A stretch of DNA of 64,000 nt from the human T2T-CHM13v2.0 reference genome, Homo sapiens: the NCBI RefSeq assembly GCF_009914755.1, contig NC_060940.1; one strand, written 5' to 3'. Below, one piece after another: positions 53,255-64,000 of this stretch. The notes under the pieces were generated by a model that had not been told where the DNA came from, ran no database searches, and saw only the letters and a program-made list of their open reading frames with translations. Made by a program: the position numbers and the translations under genes. How positions within the stretch are numbered: the first letter of the stretch is position 1; the number at the start of each line of letters is the position of its first letter.

Positions 53255-54018
53255 TGCAGTAGGCAGAGCAAGGCCCCCAGAGATAGCTGTGAATCCCCAG
53301 GACCTATGAATATATTACATTACACAGCAAAGGGGAATTAAGACTGAAGATGAAATGAAGGTTGCTAATCAGCTGATCTCCAGATGGGGAAATTATCCTG
53401 CATCATCCAGATAGGACCAAGCTAATCACAAGGCTCCTTCCATGTGGAAGAAGAAGAGTTTGAGTGCTGTGATGTGAGAAAGACTCAATGGCCATTGCTG
53501 GCTTTGAAGATGGAAGTAGAGGCCACAAGCCAAGGAATGAAGGCAGCCTCAGAAGCTAAAGAAGGCAAGGAAATGGATTCTGCCCTGGAGCCTCCCAAAG
53601 ACCTATTTCAGGGCCGGGCATGGTGGCTCACACCAGTAATCCCAGCATACTGGGAGGCCGATGAGGGAGGCTCACTTGAGGCCAGGAGTTGGAGACCAGC
53701 CTGGCCAACATGGTGAAACACTGTCTCTACTAAAAATACAAAAGTTAGCCGGATGTGGTGGTGTGTGCCTGTAATCCCAGCTTCTTGGGAGGCTGAGGCA
53801 GAAGAATCGCTTGAACCGGGAAGCGGAGGTTGCAGTGAGCTGAGATCGTACCACGGCACTCCAGCCTGGGTGACAGATCAAGACTCTTGTCTCAAAAAAA
53901 AAAAAAAGAAGTCTGTTTTAGACTTCTGACATCAACAACTGCAAGGTAGTAAATGTGTATTGTTTTAAGTCACCACGTTTGTCATAATATGTTACAGCAG
54001 CAATAGAAAATGAATACA
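53255..54018 (+). mobile_element. MLT1D-like LTR hosting an Alu
   Basis: ggttgctaatcagctga...ggctttgaagatgga...gcaatagaaaatgaataca; near-TSD gatga/gatta. Confidence 0.85.
53612..53907 (+). mobile_element. Alu (AluS-type)
   Basis: Full dimer. Confidence 0.95.
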
Positions 54019-55835
54019 GATTATTTCAGGAAACTCTGGAAATGGTGCAAAACCTACCTCAGAATGACCGCATTATTGAAGAGACGGAACGAAGGAATTT
54101 ATACACCACAGTCTCTGGTTGGGGATGCTCCCCTGTAAGGCTGGGAAAGGTGATGAGGGGGCCTTCCGTGGTTCCAGAAAAGCCATCAGGCTCAGGGATG
54201 CAGTTGCCATCGGAGGTTAGCAAGAGCTCACTATACAGCAGGGTCTGTGGGTGTGGCACTTGCCTGAAGGCAGGAAATCCATTGCTGAAAATCTGCTCTG
54301 TCTCAGGCACCATGCTAAGTCCTCCTCTGTGCACTGTTTCACATAAGCCTCACAGTGACTTCTGTGCCCAAGCAGGAGTACCTCCAGTTTTACCAGATGA
54401 TGAAAGTAAGGCCCAGAGAGATGCCATGACTTCCCAAAGTCACACAGCTTGCAAGGGACAGAGCCAGGCTTGGAGCCACGACCACCTGATCATGGAGGCT
54501 GTCCCCTTTCCACTCTACCGTGACGAGGATGCTCATTTTGGGGTGTCTTGCTGTTTGCTAGCCCTCAGGTCAGACACATAATGCAGTTCAGAGGTCTCCA
54601 GAGGATGCCACACCAAGCTATGCTGCAAAGAAACTGAAAGTGCTGCTGACTCTCCCTGGGAGCAACTCACAGGGGCACTGGGCCGAGATCAGGAGTCCCC
54701 AGTTACTGGCTCCAGAAACGAATCCACACAGCCAGTGGTGGCTCCAAGTCCCCCGCTTCCCACTTCTGCTCAGCCTCTGGCACCACTCCCAGATTCCCAT
54801 CAGGGGAAAAGGATGGGAAACAGCCCAGCCCCGAGCAGGAGCTGACTACATGGAAATGCTGATCAATAATGAATGAATTGCCCTCTCCAGAAAGCTCCAA
54901 CTTCATCTCCCTGGATCTCGCCAGAAATCCCGGCGTGTGGCTCTGCCTCTCTTCACTGGCTATGCGGTCCCATATGGCTATGGGAACTGGGAGTGTGGGG
55001 CTCCAAGCTCCATGGGGACCCCAGGCCAGGATGGTAGAGAACTGCAGGAGGGAGAATTTGCTCATTCCTAAAATGAAGGCGGTCATAACACACACCGCAC
55101 AGCAGATCACAGTGAAGATGAGACAGGAGTGATGCACCAAACGCAGCATGGAGCACATTTCAGACCCTCGGTAAATCTCTGCGATGCTCATTTTCATGCA
55201 AATGGAGGCTGAGAGACCCTCTCCTGAGGTTTGGGTCCTGACTCCCCATTTGGCAACTGTTGAATTTCAAATCTGCTGAGATGTGTGAAGGGAAGAGCAG
55301 GACTGCAAGTCAGGGGTCTGGATTTTAACCCTGGCTCTGCCCTGCACCCCCTAGGACACTGGGCATGTTATTCAAACCTTCTGTCCCTCATTTCTTCATC
55401 TGTAAATCGGGCATGATCAGCACCTCCCAGAGCACTGTGGAGAGGGTGCAGGGACTTCATGTGCAAAGCCCAGTGCGATGCTAACGAGCAGGCAGAGCTG
55501 GCACATGTCCATCACCCTCCCTTCTACCAGGTGCCACAAATTGCCAGGGCTCTGCCCTGGCTGGGTGGGGAAAGGATGGCCCCAGTGGAGGGTCTCCAAG
55601 TTGGGTAACAGGTGGCCCTTCCTCTGCCCCCACTGCTGGTCAGCCAGGTATGGCAGTAGAGAGAGGAGGCTCATCTTCATCTGCAGAGTCAAGGGCATGT
55701 GTTGGGAGGAGCCCCACTCCCCATGTTTCTGCCCTCCACCCACCTCCATGCCCTCACAGTTGCTCCACCAGGGAAGGAGGGCATGGCCATGTGAGCGATC
55801 AACCCTGAGATGTTGCCAGCAGCAGGGTCACTCTG

Positions 55836-56534
<699 letters not shown>

Positions 56535-57844
56535 CTTTGTGTCATACAAGGCTCACTCTCCTGTGCTCCCTATGTCCAGGCGTGAATGAGAAGAGGCAGG
56601 TTGGCCACACTCATTCATGTGACTCTTGGGGCCCTTTCTACAGATGTGGCCATCCTGGATTCATCAATGGGATATAGAAAGCTTCCTTTAGGCCTGGCAG
56701 CCATGCTGCCTCCCAAATCCAGCCTATACCCAATGCCCGTCCCAGGCCTGCCCAAGCCTGTCTGACTTCCCTTTGGCTACTGTTTCTTGTGTGTGTTCCT
56801 TTCTCAGGCAAAATCCCAGGACTCTGGGGACTCCTACTAGTGGTGGTCTTGAAGAAGGATCAGCCTGTGCCCCAGGCTGCAATGGAAATGCACCCCAGGC
56901 CCTGCAGGAACTAGGACAGGGATGGAGAGCCTCGTGTAGAATGTTCATTGCCACTGCATGGTCCCGGGAGATGTACCCTGAAAAGGAGGGAGGCCAGTGG
57001 GGCTGGGCAAAGGTGACCACAATGTGCTGGTTCTGAAGGCTTCAGCTGATCCCAGGAGAGCTCTGTATCCAAGCTGATCCCTCAGAGTTGTCTGAAATTG
57101 AGGCCAGGGGGCCCAAGTCTTTATAACTGCCCCACTCCATCAGCCAGTCATCAGCTATGGGAAAGGACTTCACCTTGGATGAAGCCGTTTCCTTCCGCCA
57201 AGGGCAATTTCCAGTGAAGGATGAAGGTATTCCCAGCACCTGGGGAATGGGTGCTAAGGCCTCGAAGATGGGGTCTATGCAGAAACCACAATATTCACTC
57301 CTGAGTGGAGACCCTGCTGGCCAAGGCAGGCAGGGGAGGGAGCCTGGGTGCGGGGACATCACCTTGTCAGTTCCAGTTCCAGCCGATGGACCCACTGCCC
57401 TCCATGCCTTTTCAGAAACCCACAGGGCATTCTCTCCCCATCCTCAGGCTCCTGGTGGTCTCAGTGAGCCAGCCTGTACCCCTGCAGAGAAGCTAACAGA
57501 GACATCAAAGCCGCAGCCTCTTGCTTTCAAGCAGCTTTGAAATACGTTTCTGAAATGGCTATGCCCAGGAAGATTAAAAGTCCTCCTTTTGATGAATCCA
57601 AGGGTCTTGAGCATCAGAAACAGAGTGGGTGGGCTCAGAAATATAGAAAAGTGGAGTACCTTTGTGCACCGGGTGGCGGAATAGAAAGGCCAGAAACAGG
57701 GACACATAGAGTAAAAATACGTGATGAAGCTAAGCAGTAAAATCTTAGTTCCAGGGTCTCTAAAGTAGCAATGGGTGTGTGCAGGCCCCCCAGCAGGGGT
57801 CTGGGAAGTGAACAGATTGTCAGGAGGAAATAAAAGGCCTTCAC

Positions 57845-58900
57845 TGATTCACTCAATCATTTATTCATGCAGAAGCGATGAGTGAGCACCTACTAAGTGC
57901 AGACACTGCCAGGGTCCAGTGTACAGTGGAAAAACGAAAGACCTGCCTCTGCCTCTGCCCCTGCCCCTGCCCCTGAGTTGCTGACAGCCTAGCCAGGGAG
58001 CCAGTTTGTCCAGTGTGAAATGTGCTAAGATGGGGAGGCACAGGGACCACAGGATTCAGAGGGAGTCAGGGAGGACTTCCTGGAGGAAGCAAAGCCTGAA
58101 CAGAGCCCCAAAGGATGAGCAGAAGTGAATCAAGCAAAGGGGAGTGGGGAGAGGAGAACATGAGTGAGGTGAGAGGGGAGAGAAGTTTGGAAGGGGAGTG
58201 AAGACAGGTGAGGCCTAGGGGTGGAGTATGATCAGATCACACAAGGCTTTGAAGACCATCCTGAACTAGATCAGGATGGCAGTGTGGAGCCATGGAAGGG
58301 TCTTGGGTGTGGGGCATGATAGGAGCCCATCTGTGGATTAGGACACTGAGCAGCCCCACCAGCCATTAAAGACTCACATTTTAAATCCTCTGGGTCTCCT
58401 AACCCGTAGTCCTGACCTAAGATTGGAGAAGGGCTGGACTGGTTGGGACAGAAAAGAGCTTGAGGAGAGTCAAGGCCCAAGCCCCTTGATTTGGTCCAAG
58501 GCCCCTACATGACTTTGCCCTTATCTGCAAATGTCTGATTCAGAACATGTCCTGCTCTAGAACCACAGAAATCCTTGCATTCCGCACCATACCAAGCAGT
58601 CTCACTCCTCCCAGCTTTTGCTCAGGCCATTTCAGGTCACTGGGATGCCCACTCCCCTGTCCGCTTCACCTGGCTGACTCCCACCTCTCTTCAACCACCT
58701 CTGCCACCCTCCATCCCCAGGCTGTTCCAGTGCATCCTCTCAGACTCCCCCGGGCCCAGCACTTCCCTAGTCACAGCTCCATTGTCGTGATCACCTACTT
58801 ATATGTCTGTCCACACCCGCTAAAAGCTGGGCTCCTGAAGGGCAGGAACCTCTTCAATTCAGACTCCTCAAAGCATACCAAGCTTAGCACCATCCATGCC
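57845..58900. mobile_element. L2 fragments (- at about 57845-58320; + at about 58480-58900)
   Basis: cattcactcaatcatttattca...gagcacctact...tcagggaggacttcctggagga; gggctcctgaagggcaggaac. Confidence 0.65.
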
Positions 58901-58951
58901 CTACAGCCCTGAAAAAGGAGGATTCCTCAAAGATCATCTTACCCAGATCCG

Positions 58952-59348
58952 CTGTTGTCTGAATGACCCCCATAGTGCACGTGTTGAAAATTACTCACCA
59001 ATATGGTAACATTAAGAGGTGGAGTCTGTAGAAGGGAATTAAGCCATGAGGACAGAGTTCTCATGAATGGCATCAGTGGCCTTATAAAAGAAGCTTCGGA
59101 GCGCTTCCTCCCTTTCCAACTCTTTGACCCTTCCACTGTATAGGAGGGCATAGCATTCATCCCCTCTGGAGGATGCAGCAACGGGACACCATGTTGGAAG
59201 GAAGCAGAGACCGAGGCCTCACCAAACACCTAATGTCCAGACGCCTTGACTTCAGCCCCCCAGCCTCCAGAACTGTGAGAAAATAAATTTCTGCTGCTTA
59301 TAAATTACTGCTGAAGGTATTTTGTTACAGCAGTACAAACAGACAAAA
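58952..59348 (+). mobile_element. MLT1A/MSTD-like LTR
   Basis: ctcatgaatggcatcagtggccttataaaaga...cagcctccagaactgtgagaaaataaatttctg. Confidence 0.8.
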
Positions 59349-61784
59349 AGAAGACCCCCATCTTCCAAGCAAGAAGAAATGGAACCAACAATTGCAAGGC
59401 TCCTACTGGCACCAGGCCTTTTGCAAACCTCCTCTCTGGTCATCCTCAAATATCTCTGCCTGGCAAGTATCATGAGTCCTGCTCTGGGTGCTCAGGGGGC
59501 AGCTACCTGTCCAAGGCCACAGAGCCAGCCAAGAGCAAAGCTGGGATTCGATCTCGACCTTTTCCAAGACTCCTCCCTTAGAATTTTCCAACCCAGTTTT
59601 CCACCTTCTGCATGGAATGACAGGGAACATGGCTATCAAAATGGTTTCCTTATGTCTGAGAACCGGAGCCTGCTGGTGCGTGATCTTGAGCTCCAACATA
59701 GACATAGTCATATATACTAGTCACATGGCCTCCTGAAAGAGGGCTGCTGGTCATTTAATGAACTGATCCAGGCAGAATGAGGAAAAGCATCCCCAGGGCC
59801 ACTACCATGCTGTCCTTCAACCTCACACGTGCCAGCTTCCCTCGTGGCTCCAAGCCCCATGGCTTCCCAGCAAACACAACTCAACCTCCTCACAAACACA
59901 TTCTCTGGCTCCACCGGACCTTGGGCTCACGGATTCAACACCATAATAATACTTCCCTGGAGGCGAGGAAAGCGCACTGAAGCAGCAGACAGTTCTGCAG
60001 TATCTGCAGGAACCTGGGGTGGACCGGCGCCCCTGTGACCCGGCAGTCCAGGAAGTCGGGCACCCTTGACTCTCACAGCATCTGCCACTGCTCCATCCGG
60101 GCGAGCTGAGACATTGCCCCTTTTATAACATTTTCATCATGGCTAGAAAGCACCGGGTTATGACAAGAGGGCAGCATAAGAAGGCTGATCAAGAAGGGGA
60201 GATGAGAGGACCAGAGCAAGCTGACAGTGACCTGTACCTTTCAAATTAGCGACTTTGATTGGGAAGCAAATCTGATCATATATGCACATGGAAGCCTGAG
60301 AGAAGCCTTGCATCTTCACATTTAAACCCCAGAAGTCGCAAAGCACTGTGTGTTTTTACTTAAAACGTGTGACAGGCAAGACCTTTCTGAATGTGAGGAT
60401 CGGAGAAGGGAGGATAGCCTGGTCCACGAAGGGCCATCAGATGCAAGAAACGAGTGTCGTGATGTGAACAGCACCTTCCCTTGTTGTTCTTATTTATATT
60501 TTATTATGAGTTTATTGAATGTTTTCTTGTAGGTTGCCTCAAATCCTTTAGGGAGCAAAGCAATGCAAAATAAGTAAATGCTTTGAATTAAAAGCACTGG
60601 AGCGACAGCATTCCAGGGACAGAAGTGAGTGTTCAGGAAATCAGAGGGGGCTTTGCACAGAGACCCCACCAATATCATGCAGCAGCGGCAGCTCCAGTCT
60701 AGGCATGGCTAATCTTGCTTAATGCCCACCAGGCACCTTTCTGCACTCCATCCATCACCCAGGCAGGCCTAGGTTCCCGGGGACCACCTCCTTCTTCAGC
60801 TCCCCAATGAACCTAGCCCTGTGCTGTAGGGAAGGGCCAGGGGAAACAGAGAGGAGTGTTTCAGGGCTCTGGAGCCAGACCACCTGTATTCAAATCTTTA
60901 TTCTATTTCTTCCTACTGCGTGACCATAAGGATGCCTCATTATTTCTTGTGCCTGAAATGAGGTCAATGCAGCATCTGCCTCCACAGGGTAGTTTTGAGC
61001 TCAAGGATGGGAAGCGCTGAGCTTCATGCATAAGAGGAGCTCCACAAATATCAGCTCTAAGCCTAAGGCCTGGTCCCCAGGAGCCTGCCCCGACACTGGG
61101 GAGGCAGGAACGAGACTGTGTGGGAACTCAGATGATACAGGGCCACTGGGTGCGTGGTGTGGTCTGGACTGTGGATTCTGTAGGATCTCAGGGCAGGGAA
61201 GGGTTGGAAGGTCTCAGGAAGTCTTCATAGGGGAGGAAGGACATGGAGTGTCTCAGAGAATGAACAGGACAAAAGATGGCACTCCAGGAAAGGGGAGCAG
61301 CCTGCACAGAGGCTTGGAGAGGAGAATCGCTGGGGAGTGGGGAGAACTGTAAGGAATCTGCTGGCTGCGGTGGATGGGCTGTCGGTGGCTGCCCATGGGA
61401 AGGGGAAAAGACTGGCTCTGCAGGGGTACACTAACTCCTGTCAGGGTCACAGGGCCCAGCAAATGTGCCCAAACCTGTGCCCTGGGTGTTTGGTTTCTCC
61501 CTCCTGAATATGGAAAAACTAAGCAAACAGGCCAACAAGATTAATCTGCACAGACAGATGCCTCAAAGCGACGTGTGTGAGTGTGTGACCTGAATCATAT
61601 GTAAATACTTGAAACAAGTGAACAAGAGAAGAATTCTTTGACTGATCCAAGTGACAGGGGTCCTGCAATTTCTGCCTTTCACTTGTGTTTAAAGAACTGA
61701 AATTCGGCCTATGCCAGAGAAGAAGGAACTCCTGGTTTTAGCAAAGACCACAATACTAGTACCCAGTATACCTTCAATAAATTC

Positions 61785-61873
61785 AGGAAGGAAGGAATGA
61801 AGGAAAGAAAAAAGGAAGGAAGGAAGGAAGGGAGGGAGGGAGGGAGGGAGGGAGGAAGGGAAGGAGGGAGGGA
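61785..61873. repeat. (GGAA)n/(GGGA)n tract
   Basis: Direct reading. Confidence 0.9.
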
Positions 61874-62664
61874 AAAGCTCTTTAATATTTTTCAAGCACA
61901 CTCATCTTGTCTGAGAGTTGGAGAATAGTTGTAATTCTCATCAGCTGAAGCTGTTCTCACTGGTGTGTTAATATCAAACTTCAGTAGAAAATGTGGCCTT
62001 CCAGGCTAGGAACCTCCAAAGCTAACATTGCCAGGACCTTATTAGGAACATTTGAAACACTGAATTAAATCTTGAAAGAAGGGGAATTGGAGTGGCAGAG
62101 CACAGTGGGAAAGCTCTGCAACCCAAAGGAGAAACCCTGCACAGAGCCCCTGGTTTCCTGCCCAGGCCTAGCGAGTGGGATGGACTCTCCTTCCTTGGCC
62201 TACAGGAAGTACCCGGGGTTCCCAGGTCCAGCCTGACCATTCCTCAGGGGTCCTGCTTCCTCCCACCCTCCATCCCCAGGAGCCATGCTCCCTGTCTCTG
62301 CAGGGTGGAGTAAAGACAGCATCTCGCATTCTACAGGCCCCATCCATCCCTGCTGCAAAATAACACTTTTGACAATGCACAATCCTCAAGCACCTATTGT
62401 GTGCCTGCCCCTGTGCTAAACACTTTGCATTCATTACCTCCTCTGCTCCACATGACAACCCTCCTGAGAAGGTATTATTAGCCCTGTTTACAGATGGGGA
62501 AACTGAGGTGCAGAGAAGCCCTAGGTCATATCGCTGGAAGAGTCAGAGCAGGACCTCCCAAGCCTGTGCTCTCAACCCGCCTTGTACAAGCATCAGGATT
62601 TTTGCTGTATTTATGGTAGACCTGTGGTGTTGTTTACTTAATGTTTTTCTTTAAACAAACTCCC

Positions 62665-62980
62665 TTTTTTTTTTTTTTTTTTTTTTTTTTGAGATGGAGT
62701 CTCGCTCTGTCACCCAGGCTGGAGTGCAGTCGCGCAATCTCCACTCACCGCAAGCTCCGCCTCCCAGGTTCACGCCATTCTCCTGCCTCAGCCTCCTGAG
62801 TAGCTGGGACTACAGGCGCCCATCACCACACCCGGCTAATTTTTTTTTTTTTTTGTATTTTTAATAGAGACGGGGTTTCACCGTGTTAGCCAGGATGGTC
62901 TCAATCTCCTGACCTCATGATCCGCCCGCCTCAGCCTCCCAAAGTGCTGGGATTACAGGTGTGAGCCCCCACGCCTGGCC
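62665..62980 (-). mobile_element. AluY
   Basis: Y diagnostics caagctccgcctccc, ttcacgccattctcc, ccgtgttagccaggatgg; long T tail; TSD caaactcccttt at 62656-62667 and 62981-62992. Confidence 0.95.
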
Positions 62981-63152
62981 CAAACTCCCTTTATTTTTTA
63001 ACTTAAATACATTTATTTAAATGAGACAAGTGTATCACTATGGAATGTGTAAAAATAGTATCTATTGTCAAAAGTAAGCCGGAAAGAAAACAGGGAGCAC
63101 AAGTTGCCAGTGAACACTGTCGCCTGCCAAAGGCGCGCCCTGGTCCTGCTCA

Positions 63153-63526
<374 letters not shown>

Positions 63527-64000
63527 AGACAGGATTGATGGAGATGCCAGAGGGATCTCTTTCTCACCTGTGACCCAGCACTGTAAGCACCGTGCCTAGA
63601 CTCCTAATAGCATCCCCCAGGACTCATCCACCTACAGTGCCATTTGGCCACCAGTGGAAAATGTTTCTCCATCCTGTCCTGGAATTCCAGGGTTCAACGC
63701 CATGTGTCTACTGCCCAGGCCCTATGGCCAAGTGCTCGATAGTCAGGCTCTCCCTCAAAGTGACCCCAAGGCCCAAGACCACAACCAGTGTCCACGCACA
63801 CACCCGAATATCATACCCTGAGTCCCCACACATCTGAATGGCACCACCGTCTGCAAAGGGGCCCACACGGGAAAGAAGGAAGCTGTTTCTACCTCTCCCT
63901 TCATCCCAGCATCTGCTGATATTCCCTGAAAAAGTGCCAGGCTGTGAGCCAGTTAGGCAGGAATCAGGCATCTCCACCATCCCTGCTCTGATGGAGTTCT

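Larger units (their letters stand above)
53090..54265 (-). mobile_element. LTR16-family LTR split by MLT1D
   Basis: ttcccccagaagaagaccctgagacaa... left part; continues after 54023. Confidence 0.55.

Noticed and set aside
54703-55197. 164-aa minus-strand ORF with a hydrophobic Cys-rich stretch
   Set aside because: No recognisable homology, splice context or codon signal; length is compatible with chance

Overview
Primate (most likely human) non-coding DNA; I could not assign the locus. No credible cellular protein-coding exon was found: the ORFs with recognisable translations come from L1 or Alu. The window holds 17 Alu elements or monomers, many MIR and L2 relics, and MaLR (MLT1/MST/THE1), ERVL (MLT2, LTR16-like) and ERV1 solo LTRs. 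It also has MER33, MER20 and MER30 DNA-transposon remnants and a near-full-length L1PA15/16-type element inserted into an older L1M(B)-type element (26.1-36.9 kb). Other features are a 3'-truncated tailless 5S rRNA retropseudogene with a 17-bp TSD (52.2 kb), and an orphan CpG island with a near-consensus CTCF site next to a ~470-bp purine tract (20.2-21.25 kb). The most unusual signal is a cluster of about nine locally templated copy events between 27.5 and 39.9 kb. These include a ~200-bp near-perfect palindrome at the L1 5' end and fold-back or direct-copy inserts inside L1 ORF2. There is also a 448-bp mosaic built from one upstream and one downstream donor joined at a shared microhomology, and a ~100-bp copy bracketed by a perfect 34-bp direct repeat. 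Together they look like a fossil hotspot of template switching or polymerase-theta-type repair. Repeat subfamily names are from recalled consensus sequences and need RepeatMasker/Dfam confirmation.
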